A stretch of DNA of 64,000 nucleotides from a virus, in IMG/VR virus record IMGVR_UViG_3300025108_000015, positions 1 through 64,000 of that record; one strand, 5' to 3'. Shown in pieces: positions 9,321 to 18,628 of the stretch. Numbering within the stretch: position 1 is the stretch's first letter; the number at the start of each line of letters is the position of its first letter. The position numbers and the translations under genes were made by a program. The notes under the pieces were generated by a model, which saw nothing but the letters and a program-made list of their open reading frames with translations, ran no database searches and had not been told where the DNA came from.

Positions 9321-9566
9321 ATGTTATCAATCATTAGAGACGCGTCTACAAAAGTAATCGTATTCGCATCATACGGAAACGTAACACAATCAGAAACCGG
9401 TGTAACTTGTGATGTAATCAGTGACCTTTCAGGTGAAGATTATGGTACAGCTGCTGGTTATGAAAAAGTAGAAGTTGACATGCAATTACCGGAGTCTTAC
9501 GCGGGTGGAACACACGCACTTATAGAAGACGGCGCTGGTTATAGATTTGACGCAGTAAGTGGATAA
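9321..9566 (+). CDS. Hypothetical protein in a stand-alone cassette
   Basis: 81 aa, AGGAG RBS at 9311, flanked by two terminators. Confidence 0.7.
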   Translation: MLSIIRDASTKVIVFASYGNVTQSETGVTCDVISDLSGEDYGTAAGYEKVEVDMQLPESYAGGTHALIEDGAGYRFDAVSG

Positions 9567-9593
9567 TATCACTTTATACTTTTAAAATTTTAG

Positions 9594-9620
9594 AAACCCT
9601 CACCATTGGTGGGGGTTTTT
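9594..9620 (+). terminator. Intrinsic terminator, near-copy of 9241-9269
   Basis: aaaccctcacc-att-ggtgggggttt followed by TT. Confidence 0.8.
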
Positions 9621-9684
9621 GTATTATAAATGCCTGAGTTACATACTTATATATGGTTAACCAATAGAATGACAAGGAAAAGTT

Positions 9685-10554
9685 ATGAAAGATTTACAAG
9701 ACGACTATCAAATGTCTAATGAAGAGGCAGTTGAACAATTAAAAAAAGCACATGAGGTGAAACAAGTAAGTGATTACAAGTTTCCAACCGAAATTATCGA
9801 ACTACCATCTCGTGGTTTGGTTTATTCTAAAGACAATCCATTATCGAGTGGTAAAGTAGAGATGAAGTACATGACCGCTAGAGAAGAGGATATTCTAACC
9901 ACTCAGTCATATATCAAAGATGGTTCGGTTTTAGACCGATTATTTCAATCTCTAATTGTATCAAATGGTGATGGAACACCTGTTAAGTATGTAGACCTAA
10001 TAGTGGGTGACAAAAATGCTATTATGATAGCAGCACGAATCTTGGGGTATGGTAAAGAATATAAAGTCGAAGTAAATGACCCGTTTAGTAATAATACTCA
10101 AAATGAAATCATTGACCTTACTCAATTTGATAATAAAGAATATGATGGTTCACATCAATTAGAACAAAACAAAAACGAATTCGAGTTAGAACTTCCACAA
10201 TCTAAGAGAAAACTGACATTTATGATTACAACCGAATCTAAGGATAGGAAAGTAAAGCATATACTCAAAGAAGAACGTAAGAAAAATCGTAAACTAAAAA
10301 ACGAAACAAGTTCTGAACTAACCACCCGACTAAAGCAAACAATTTTATCAGTAGATGGTGACTATGACCAGCGTATAATTGATAATTTTGTAGATAATGA
10401 GTTATTTGCTCAAGATAGTAGAGCTCTTAGAACATATATTAAAAAAGTTTCTCCTGATATGGATTTAGAATGGGAATTCATTTCGGAGGAAACTGGGGAA
10501 GGGAGGTTTATGTCCTTACCTATGGACGTGACCTTTTTTTGGCCTGAAGATTAA
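9685..10554 (+). CDS. Baseplate hub assembly / tail assembly chaperone (T4 gp26-like)
   Basis: IELPSRGLVY, KYMTAREEDIL, LIVGDKNAIMIAARILGYG and C-terminal FFWPED; upstream of the tape measure gene. Confidence 0.75.
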   Translation: MKDLQDDYQMSNEEAVEQLKKAHEVKQVSDYKFPTEIIELPSRGLVYSKDNPLSSGKVEMKYMTAREEDILTTQSYIKDGSVLDRLFQSLIVSNGDGTPVKYVDLIVGDKNAIMIAARILGYGKEYKVEVNDPFSNNTQNEIIDLTQFDNKEYDGSHQLEQNKNEFELELPQSKRKLTFMITTESKDRKVKHILKEERKKNRKLKNETSSELTTRLKQTILSVDGDYDQRIIDNFVDNELFAQDSRALRTYIKKVSPDMDLEWEFISEETGEGRFMSLPMDVTFFWPED

Positions 10555-10750
10555 TTACAGACAGCAACTACATTCACATATTTTTGATTTAATTTATCAC
10601 GGAAATGGTGGGTTTACTTGGAACGATGTGTATAATATGCCAGTTTGGGCCCGTAAGTTTTACATCAGTAAAATTTTAGAATTTAAACAAGCTGAAAAAA
10701 AAGCAAATACAGAATCTATAAATAAATCACAAAGGGGAACACGAAAATAG
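10532..10750 (+). CDS. Startless +1-frame ORF overlapping the end of the chaperone gene (gp51-like or frameshift extension)
   Basis: Not in the ORF track. Open from the TGA at 10529 to TAG 10748-10750: PFFGLKINYRQQLHSHIFDLIYHGNGGFTWNDVYNMPVWARKFYISKILEFKQAEKKANTESINKSQRGTRK. The first in-frame ATG is mid-domain; the frames overlap at a T7 run (10534-10540). Confidence 0.7.
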   Translation, partial: PFFGLKINYRQQLHSHIFDLIYHGNGGFTWNDVYNMPVWARKFYISKILEFKQAEKKANTESINKSQRGTRK

Positions 10751-10760
10751 TTCCCCTTTG
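10730..10760 (+). terminator. Stem-loop, possible terminator
   Basis: Perfect 11-bp inverted repeat caaaggggaac / gttcccctttg with a 9-nt loop; weak U-tract. Confidence 0.55.
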
Positions 10761-10791
10761 ATATTTATATTAAGATAACAACAGGAGATAT

Positions 10792-10962
10792 ATGAATTTT
10801 TTACAAAAACTTGTCGCTCGCAAAGTTTTAAAAGGTATGGAGAAGTTGGCTCAAAAAGACCCGGCTGTCAATAAAAGCTTTAACGATTTAGCTAAAGCGT
10901 CACGCCAACTTAAAATAGACATCGATAATCACATCAAAAACTCTAAAGATACTTTTAAATAA
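10792..10962 (+). CDS. Small basic hypothetical protein (56 aa)
   Basis: Not in the ORF track. AGGAG at 10783, ATG at 10792: MNFLQKLVARKVLKGMEKLAQKDPAVNKSFNDLAKASRQLKIDIDNHIKNSKDTFK. Confidence 0.65.
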   Translation: MNFLQKLVARKVLKGMEKLAQKDPAVNKSFNDLAKASRQLKIDIDNHIKNSKDTFK

Positions 10963-10981
10963 GTAATATTGGATAACCCAA

Positions 10982-13102
10982 ATGGCAAAGACTAATAAGC
11001 AGAGAAACGAAGAGAGTAAGGCTCGTAAGCAGGCTATGGAGGACAATGACTTCCTTAATAGCCAAGCCGACCTACTTAATCGTAAAATGCAAGACCAAAT
11101 TGAAAATGCCAAGGAGTTGGGTAAGCTTAGAAAAAACTTACTAAGTGGAATGGTTGATGAGGTTGATAATCTTGAGCAACAAAGGGAATTATTAGAAGAC
11201 TACGAAACGTCAATGAAAGAGTTGGTGGATGGTAGAACTACACATGGTCGAAATTTAAAAGAAGAAGTAGATACACTCAAGGATGTAATCAAGACTGAAG
11301 AACGGAGGCGGGACTTACAAGGTGAACTTGAGACCAAAGCAAATGGTATGTTAGATGGTCTTGAAGGTCAAATCAAAAATATCCCACTCATTGGGGGATT
11401 ATTAGCATCTACAATGGACTTTGGTGGATTAAAAAAACAAATGGGTGGTATTATGAAGGGTATTACCCAACAATTCGTAATGTTAACTGCTGCGGGAGTT
11501 CCCGCTGGTAAGGCAATTGCAATGTCGTTTAGGTCAGCAATCCCATCTATAATATCATTTGGGGCAAGTTTATGGGCCGCAATTTCACCACTCCTACCGA
11601 TTATTCTTCCTATTATAGCCGCAATGGTTCTATTGAAAAAAGCACTTGGAGTTGACCAACAAGTAGCTGATTTAAGTCGTGAGATGGGTATTGCTAATAG
11701 TCAAGCTAAAGAAATGGTTACCAACTTTAATAATATGTCTGTTATGAGTGGTAACTTGAATATTAATACCAAGAGTCTGATTGAGTCTCAAAAACAACTC
11801 GCAGAGTCCATAGGAATGACTGCACAATATTCCGCCAAAATGTTACAAGACCAAATTCACTTGACTAAGTATATGGGTATGTCTGGTGAAGAGGCTGCAA
11901 ACTTCCAAAAGATGTCAGCTGCATCTGGCATGAGTGTTCGTGATATGCAAACCGAAGTAGCATCGACAGTTGGTGGTTTTAATGAACTCACAGGTGCTTC
12001 AGTCGACTTTGCCGGTGTACTAAAAGACATATCCAACTTATCTTTAGAAATGCGTTCTACATTCAAGGGTAATGTTAAAGAGATGGCTATGGCAGTTACT
12101 CAAGCGAAGGCATTGGGTACTACATTACAAGAATCATCGGATGCCGCAGATAATCTTCTTAATATGGAAAGTTCACTTCAAGCCGAGATGAAAGCAAGAG
12201 TGTTAACTGGTGTTAACCTCAATAACACTGCTATCCGTGCAGCACAACTAGCAGGTGAACAAGGTGAAGTATTACGACTCCAAGCAAAACAAATGAGTGA
12301 GATTGGTGATGTGAGTCAAAAGTCACGAATCCAACAAAAGGCAATTGCAGATGCAATGGGTATGTCAGTTGACCAAATGTTGAAGATGAATGAACAGCAA
12401 ATGGTTATGAATAAGTTGGGTGTTAAAAACTTAGACAATGTAAGTAAGGAACAACTAATGAGTGCCGGTCTATCTGATGAAAAGGCCAAGCAAATGATAC
12501 TTGATAGAGAGAAACAATCTCAACAAGAAAAGATGAGTGCTGCAATGGATAAGATGAATGCAGCTCTTGCTGAAGCAGGTGCTATTATTCTTCCAGTTGT
12601 TGGTTACTTGGTTGACCTGATTCTACCAACGATAATTAATTCGTTCAAAATGGTAGGTGCGATATTCAAACTTCTTAGAGGGTTTATTACATTATTTACT
12701 GACCCAATTGAGGGTATTAAGATGATGGGTCAGGCAATTTATGACTTTGTTGTAGCACCATTTCAATGGGTTGGTGACACGATTGGTGCTCTATTTGGGG
12801 GTGGTGGCACTAAATCCACTGGATATGACGAGGGTGCATCCGACTCCATAGATGATGGTGTAATTACACCAAGTGGTGATGTAATCAAAACCAATCCGGC
12901 AGACTTTATTATGGCAACTACCAATCCAGCAGCAATGGCCGGTAAATTAGCAGGTGATAGTGCCGGTGGTGGTATTGACTATGACAGGCTGGCAGCTGCA
13001 ATGGGTAACCAACCTCTTCAAATTGTAGTAGATGGTAGAGTAATTAGTGAAATTACTAAGAAACAATCAATGAATAAATCATTTAATAAGCAGATGGGAT
13101 AA
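10982..13102 (+). CDS. Tape measure protein
   Basis: Long helical Ala/Gly/Met-rich protein with two hydrophobic stretches, located between the chaperone and baseplate genes. Confidence 0.8.
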   Translation: MAKTNKQRNEESKARKQAMEDNDFLNSQADLLNRKMQDQIENAKELGKLRKNLLSGMVDEVDNLEQQRELLEDYETSMKELVDGRTTHGRNLKEEVDTLKDVIKTEERRRDLQGELETKANGMLDGLEGQIKNIPLIGGLLASTMDFGGLKKQMGGIMKGITQQFVMLTAAGVPAGKAIAMSFRSAIPSIISFGASLWAAISPLLPIILPIIAAMVLLKKALGVDQQVADLSREMGIANSQAKEMVTNFNNMSVMSGNLNINTKSLIESQKQLAESIGMTAQYSAKMLQDQIHLTKYMGMSGEEAANFQKMSAASGMSVRDMQTEVASTVGGFNELTGASVDFAGVLKDISNLSLEMRSTFKGNVKEMAMAVTQAKALGTTLQESSDAADNLLNMESSLQAEMKARVLTGVNLNNTAIRAAQLAGEQGEVLRLQAKQMSEIGDVSQKSRIQQKAIADAMGMSVDQMLKMNEQQMVMNKLGVKNLDNVSKEQLMSAGLSDEKAKQMILDREKQSQQEKMSAAMDKMNAALAEAGAIILPVVGYLVDLILPTIINSFKMVGAIFKLLRGFITLFTDPIEGIKMMGQAIYDFVVAPFQWVGDTIGALFGGGGTKSTGYDEGASDSIDDGVITPSGDVIKTNPADFIMATTNPAAMAGKLAGDSAGGGIDYDRLAAAMGNQPLQIVVDGRVISEITKKQSMNKSFNKQMG

Positions 13103-13106
13103 TTGG

Positions 13107-15854
13107 ATGGCATTAAAAGATTTAAAATCAGATTTGTCTAAGTTTAGAAGACCAACAGAGAAACCACTTTCTGACAAGAAGAGAGTGGATATCCCTAAGT
13201 CTACTAATCAGACCCCATTGTCTCAACTTGTGGACAAGTCCCCATCTGCTCCTAAATCAAATACAACTACACCTAAACAAGGTGTAACTCCAAACAAGTT
13301 TGATAACTCATCAAACTATTTGGGAGAAACGACCCCATCTAAGTTTGATAACTCATCAAACTATTTGGGAGAAACGGCCCCATCTAAAATGTCGTTGGAA
13401 GAACGATACTTAGGACAAACTGAAACACAAGAAGTAAATCAAGGCGATAAATTTAAAGGTGAAACGAAAACGGAAAATATTACTCAAGGAGATAGATTTA
13501 AGGGTCAAACGACTCCTCAAGACTACTCCGGTGAGGAAAAGTTCAAAGGTGAAACCACCCCATCCGAATTCAGATTCATTCAAAACTTCTTAGGTGAGAC
13601 TACGCCAAGTGAATTTAGTTTAACTGAAAAGTTCTTAGGTGAAACAACTCCTACTGAGTTTAACTTAGAAGAGAAGTTCTTAGGTGAGACAACTCCTACT
13701 GAGTTTAACTCAGAAGAGAAGTTCTTAGGTGAGACTACGCCAGCTGATTTTAATTTGAGTGAAAAGTTCTTAGGTGAAACTACACCAACTGAAGTAAACT
13801 ACATTACCGATGTTCATGCAAAGGGGTTTACTTCTGAGTTTAATCGTATGGATGATAGTAAATTTACAGGAATTACATCTCCTAAAGAGTTTAACCAAAA
13901 CTCTTCAAAGTTCTCTAACTTTAAAACCGGATTTACAACAAACGAAGAATCTAAAAAAACGGAATTTGTAGTAGAGTTGTCACAATATTCTGATTTCCAA
14001 AAAATAAATCCTGGATTGTCTTTTGAAGCAGGTTATGGTCAATTTAGAACTGGTGGTGTAACTGGTGATACTCAAAAATACACTCCTGACGGGAATCGAT
14101 ACTCTGATGTATATAAAAGTATTGGTGATATGATGGAGCAACGTAATTCACCATCATTTTTAGATAAGATGTATCACAAATTTAATCTTAAAGATGATTC
14201 ACCAAACTCATTAAACATAATAAAAGCACCTTACATACTCCGCGGTATACAACGTAAAAAAATATCAAAAGGTGAACCTCAATTTTGGGACTTTGGTCTT
14301 GGTATAGATGATGGTCTAATTAGAGGTGGTATTGTAGCATCTACTACACGAGCATTGGTAGATGTCGCAAGGATTGGGTCATTCTTCTTATCAGCAAAAG
14401 GATTATTATGGGGTGTACGACAAATTGGATTACAACGTAGTCAGAAATATGGTAAGACTTGGACACCTGTAAATCTTTTAGCAAGTTTGGCAGGGCAACA
14501 TTTAGGTTTAAAATTTGATAGACCTGACTTAATCCCATTAGGTAAACAGGGTTGGAAATATAATCCCAATGCTTCAATAAATGTAAGCCCATTAAGAACT
14601 TTGTATACCCTTTTCCGATTAAAAGGTATTCGTAACGATGTATTTCCATTGAGGACAGACCTTAAAGGTGGATTTGATTCAATTTATGGAATTGGTGCAA
14701 GTATAACAAATCGATTCATTAATACATTTGACAATAGTGGTACACGATATGGTAATACAACCGCATATATCGGAATAGACAATCGATTCTCAATAGGACC
14801 GACTTCACCATATGCTAAAACGAAAAAAGATAATCCGATTCTTTTTGCTAAAAAGCGTTATGAATTCCAAATAAATGATAGTCTTAGAGCAAATGATGAT
14901 GGTACTAAAACCACATTAGCTAAACAAACCCAAGAAGCCTCACCAATTCCAATCGATGATGTATTTGAAAAAAGAGGATTGTATAAATCTGATGGTAAAA
15001 CTAAAGGTCCTGGTAATGATATAAAAGATTACGAAGCAGTATCATATGGTACGATAGCTAAAATAGCAAATGGTGACAATCCATCAGATTACAAAGGTGA
15101 TTTTAGAAATCTAAAAGATAGTAATTATAATATTGATTCTGCCACGGTAGCTGGTGATGATTATACCGCAAATAATCTAATAACAAAATACGGCCTCGGA
15201 CAAACCTTCAAAACAAATGCAGAACGTTTATCAGAGACCCGACTTGATACGATTGGTACGGCAAACGTAGGTGATGCTGAATTAGATGATATCGTTAAGC
15301 TGGTATTTAAAACCAATAGTAGTAATCTATGTCAATTTAGAGGAACTGTTAGTGGAATTACCGAAACATTCTCACCATCGTGGAATGGTGAAAAGCCAAA
15401 TGGTAGAGCTGATAAAGCTTATATGATGACTGAATTCGAAAGAACATTATCATTTAATTTTAAAGTAATGGCGTACTCGAAAGCGGAATTAGTCCCAATG
15501 TGGGAAAAGTTAAAACAATTAGCAACCTTCGCAATGCCATTTTATGGGAGTAGTACTGGTTATCGTGGAAGAGTTCTTAGTTTTACATTGGGTGATTTAT
15601 GGAAAAATCACAATTCGTTGTTAACATCACTATCGTATACAATGTCCGATGAAGTATCTTGGGACATTAGAAAAGATATAACCATCCCAAGATTTGTAGA
15701 CGTTTCAGTTGGACTCACATTAGTAGGTGACGCAGTTCACAGTGAAAACAGTACTCCTAACTTATACGACTTTGTACCACCACTTGATGGTCCTTCTGCT
15801 CCATTATCTTCCGGAGATGACCTTGGGCAGGGTACAGCAATAAATTTAGTTTAA
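13107..15854 (+). CDS. Large baseplate/tail protein: N-terminal 15-aa repeats plus a C-terminal tube-initiator-like (gp48/gp54-like) domain
   Basis: C-terminal QFRGTVSGITETFSPSW...GRAD...FERTLSFNFKV...WEKL..L...P...G...TLGDL; follows the tape measure gene. Confidence 0.55.
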   Translation: MALKDLKSDLSKFRRPTEKPLSDKKRVDIPKSTNQTPLSQLVDKSPSAPKSNTTTPKQGVTPNKFDNSSNYLGETTPSKFDNSSNYLGETAPSKMSLEERYLGQTETQEVNQGDKFKGETKTENITQGDRFKGQTTPQDYSGEEKFKGETTPSEFRFIQNFLGETTPSEFSLTEKFLGETTPTEFNLEEKFLGETTPTEFNSEEKFLGETTPADFNLSEKFLGETTPTEVNYITDVHAKGFTSEFNRMDDSKFTGITSPKEFNQNSSKFSNFKTGFTTNEESKKTEFVVELSQYSDFQKINPGLSFEAGYGQFRTGGVTGDTQKYTPDGNRYSDVYKSIGDMMEQRNSPSFLDKMYHKFNLKDDSPNSLNIIKAPYILRGIQRKKISKGEPQFWDFGLGIDDGLIRGGIVASTTRALVDVARIGSFFLSAKGLLWGVRQIGLQRSQKYGKTWTPVNLLASLAGQHLGLKFDRPDLIPLGKQGWKYNPNASINVSPLRTLYTLFRLKGIRNDVFPLRTDLKGGFDSIYGIGASITNRFINTFDNSGTRYGNTTAYIGIDNRFSIGPTSPYAKTKKDNPILFAKKRYEFQINDSLRANDDGTKTTLAKQTQEASPIPIDDVFEKRGLYKSDGKTKGPGNDIKDYEAVSYGTIAKIANGDNPSDYKGDFRNLKDSNYNIDSATVAGDDYTANNLITKYGLGQTFKTNAERLSETRLDTIGTANVGDAELDDIVKLVFKTNSSNLCQFRGTVSGITETFSPSWNGEKPNGRADKAYMMTEFERTLSFNFKVMAYSKAELVPMWEKLKQLATFAMPFYGSSTGYRGRVLSFTLGDLWKNHNSLLTSLSYTMSDEVSWDIRKDITIPRFVDVSVGLTLVGDAVHSENSTPNLYDFVPPLDGPSAPLSSGDDLGQGTAINLV
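13317..13800 (+). repeat. About 11 tandem 45-nt (15-aa) coding repeats, consensus (F/Y)LGETTPxEFxxxEK
   Basis: YLGETTPSKFDNSSN, YLGETAPSKMSLEER ... FLGETTPTEFNLEEK, FLGETTPTEFNSEEK, FLGETTPADFNLSEK. Confidence 0.9.
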
Positions 15855-15857
15855 ACT

Positions 15858-16154
15858 ATGAATAGATATGATGACATAGAACTCCGTAAAGATAAAACCG
15901 GCCGTAGATTTAAGTCTACTGTAAAATTACCTATTATAGAACCACAAAATAGTGATATATACATAATAGGTATGGTAGGTGATAGATTGGATACGTTAGC
16001 TTATAAGTATTATAATAAATCATCGTATTGGTGGATTATAGCAAGAGCAAATAATATTGGTAATGGTGATTTTGTAGTACCAATTGGTAAACAATTAAGA
16101 ATACCACAAAGTATAGAACAAATAGTAAATGCGTACAACCAATTAAATAGTTAA
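15858..16154 (+). CDS. LysM-like baseplate protein (gp53/P2 gpX-like)
   Basis: GDRLDTLAYKYY...WWIIARAN...GKQLRIP. Confidence 0.8.
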   Translation: MNRYDDIELRKDKTGRRFKSTVKLPIIEPQNSDIYIIGMVGDRLDTLAYKYYNKSSYWWIIARANNIGNGDFVVPIGKQLRIPQSIEQIVNAYNQLNS

Positions 16155-16159
16155 TAGTT

Positions 16160-18016
16160 ATGGGAGTATTTTCAAGAGCAAGTTTCGGCGCAAGTGGTAA
16201 TTTAGGTAAAATATCCGAATATATAAAAAATCCAAATGCAGATGATAATTCGAAAATATGGAATTATGGAAAATACGCGTATATTAGTATACAAACCAAT
16301 GGTACTAACAATGCAGGTTTATGTTCTCCTGCTTCTGGTGTAACCCTTGGTGATAACCCACTAAATTCTTCTGAAAAGTATAATTCTTTAATAAGTAGAG
16401 ATGGTTCACGTGATGTGCCAGCTAAACCATTATTAGAATCTGTTAGAATAAACAATGATGGTTCGAACGATGTTTCAGATTCCGCTCTATTTGATATTGA
16501 TGTATCATTCAAGTGTTATTCAAAAAGTCAATTCGCAACATATGAATCGGCATTTTTCCGAGTAGGTAATGGTGTTACTTTATCATTTGGGTACAAGGGG
16601 TTAGGTTTTGGGGCATCAATGTCGGCAAACGTATATAACTTTGGATTTTCAATGGATGCAAGTGGCGTTTACTCATGTAATCTGAAACTAACTGGTAAAA
16701 ATAGATTCTCTGCTGTTTTAGCCATGGACCAAACATTAGCCGGAACAGGTACTACAATTAAAGATGAAGAAGATAACGATATCACGGCATTTAACATTCC
16801 AAGTGAATTAAACAATAGATTTATAACTGCCTTTCCAGAGTATGAGGAGTCGAGTGTCATACAAAAGGGTGGCACCAAGGACTTTGTACCGGATGGTGAA
16901 GCAAAACTTAGTGGTGGGTATGCCGTAGCTAATATACAAACAAAATCTGGCGCAGATTTTAAAATATTGGGGATGGTAAACGTAGACTTTGATGATATGT
17001 TTGTTAAATACGTAAAATTTAGTGAATTGATTGATGTCATCAATACCGCACATTCTAATAGTGGATTCAAATGGGGGTTTGGAGATGCAAAAGGAAAATT
17101 CATACCACAATTTGCGTCAGCTGACCCATCGAAATTATTATTAGATGGTGATATGGCAACTTATGGTGAAACCGCGGCTACAACCTTCAATGATGGTATT
17201 AAAAATAATTTAGCAACCGGAACTGGCTTTGATGGTAATGCAAAAGATATGTTGATATCGTTGGATTTGATAAACACTACCATAGACCGATTGGTTGAAA
17301 GAGCAAAGGAAGATAAAGATGCAAAGGGTGAGAGTAGTGTAAATAATTTTCTAAGAGTTTTGTGCGCAACAATTAAAGATTTAACTGGTGGGTTATATCC
17401 ATTAACAATATACAATGATGGGTTTAAGAACTCTAATAAATTTTTAATAGTAAATGAAAGAGCAGAACACCAAAAGGGTATCAGTGCCGCTTATACGTTT
17501 AAAACTCACGACTTAGGTTCTGTTTTAAAATCAGTCAACTTATCATCAAATATGGATTCTGACATGGCCGCAGCAGCATTGGTATCAAATCGTGGGGGGG
17601 AGATACCTAAAGGCGCGTTTGATAATCTATATAACGATTGTGGTCCCAATCTTGAAACAACAGCACCACCTGTACAAATAACATTGGATGACATTCAAAA
17701 GAAAAAAGAAGAATTAGGTACAGGGTTATCAGCGGAACGTTCTCAAGGCCTTAAAGATATTATGAAGTCATACATAAGTAATAAACCAGCTCCAACTGGT
17801 ACTGATACCGGTTACAGATACATGATTGACTTATCTGTAACTTGTTATGGTGTATGGGGTACAAATATTGGTGATACATTTAGTTTCGATGGGTTACCTG
17901 CAAAATACATCGGCGCAGGTAAATATTTTTGTGTAGGTAAAATGGAACATAGCTTTGATGGACAAGGTAATTGGGAAACAAGCTTTACTGGATTCTTAAA
18001 ATTGGATGCTCAATAA
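16160..18016 (+). CDS. Putative baseplate hub protein (gp27/Mu gp44-like)
   Basis: Follows the LysM-like gene; C-terminal LSVTCYGVWGTNIGDTF...YFCVGKMEHSF...WETSFTG has the pattern of hub proteins. Confidence 0.5.
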   Translation: MGVFSRASFGASGNLGKISEYIKNPNADDNSKIWNYGKYAYISIQTNGTNNAGLCSPASGVTLGDNPLNSSEKYNSLISRDGSRDVPAKPLLESVRINNDGSNDVSDSALFDIDVSFKCYSKSQFATYESAFFRVGNGVTLSFGYKGLGFGASMSANVYNFGFSMDASGVYSCNLKLTGKNRFSAVLAMDQTLAGTGTTIKDEEDNDITAFNIPSELNNRFITAFPEYEESSVIQKGGTKDFVPDGEAKLSGGYAVANIQTKSGADFKILGMVNVDFDDMFVKYVKFSELIDVINTAHSNSGFKWGFGDAKGKFIPQFASADPSKLLLDGDMATYGETAATTFNDGIKNNLATGTGFDGNAKDMLISLDLINTTIDRLVERAKEDKDAKGESSVNNFLRVLCATIKDLTGGLYPLTIYNDGFKNSNKFLIVNERAEHQKGISAAYTFKTHDLGSVLKSVNLSSNMDSDMAAAALVSNRGGEIPKGAFDNLYNDCGPNLETTAPPVQITLDDIQKKKEELGTGLSAERSQGLKDIMKSYISNKPAPTGTDTGYRYMIDLSVTCYGVWGTNIGDTFSFDGLPAKYIGAGKYFCVGKMEHSFDGQGNWETSFTGFLKLDAQ

Positions 18017-18552
18017 TGGCCAAACGATTAAAAGTATATTATCCCAAAGGTCAAATTCAAAACGGACTTTACACTCAAGGTAAGGAGTGGATGTCGCCTG
18101 ATGGTACTGAATATGTTGGTGATTACCATACATATAGTACTGGTGAGGTCTTTACTAAAGGAGTTTACTTAAAAGGTGTATCTGAAAAATTAATAAAGTA
18201 TGTTGACCTATCACTTATAGATAATTCTGAAAAATTTAAATACGATTCTCTAAATAAGCTTGATGTTAGTTTCAACTTTGCTGTGTATGGTATTTCAACA
18301 CCAATAGAATCGGATTATGTAAATGGTTACTTTATTCGTTATTTTGTAAAACGTCATTTTAATGATATAATCACTGAAGTTAATAAAGATGTTTATTCTA
18401 CTATTAGTACCGAGTTCTATAAAAAAACAGAAGTTAGATGGAAATTGGTAGACAACGCTGACTTTGTAAATCGCAAGCAGATAGAGTTAGGTAATGAAAC
18501 CATAAAAGGACTTTCAAACTACATCACTAACTATTCAGAATTCTTAAAATAA
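18016..18552 (+). CDS. Hypothetical protein, last gene of the tail block
   Basis: Start reassigned to ATG 18016, which overlaps the upstream TAA (taatg): MAKRLKVYYPKGQI... Confidence 0.65.
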   Translation: MAKRLKVYYPKGQIQNGLYTQGKEWMSPDGTEYVGDYHTYSTGEVFTKGVYLKGVSEKLIKYVDLSLIDNSEKFKYDSLNKLDVSFNFAVYGISTPIESDYVNGYFIRYFVKRHFNDIITEVNKDVYSTISTEFYKKTEVRWKLVDNADFVNRKQIELGNETIKGLSNYITNYSEFLK

Positions 18553-18574
18553 TAACAATTTCTTAACATTAAAA

Positions 18575-18606
18575 TTTGGTATATCCAAATAATTTTCGTA
18601 TCTTTA
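18575..18606 (+). promoter_or_regulatory. Promoter-like TTTGG-N18-GTATCTTTA, with upstream ATAACA-N5-TTAACA at 18552-18568
   Basis: Member of a repeated fixed-spacing motif family; resembles the Bacteroidota -33 TTTG / -7 TAnnTTTG promoter. Confidence 0.7.
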
Positions 18607-18628
18607 CTATGTAAAAGATAGATAAGTT

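Noticed and set aside
13317-13800. 45-nt repeats as a CRISPR array or diversity-generating element
   Set aside because: They are in-frame coding repeats varying mostly at synonymous or conservative positions; no cas or reverse transcriptase gene is present in the window.
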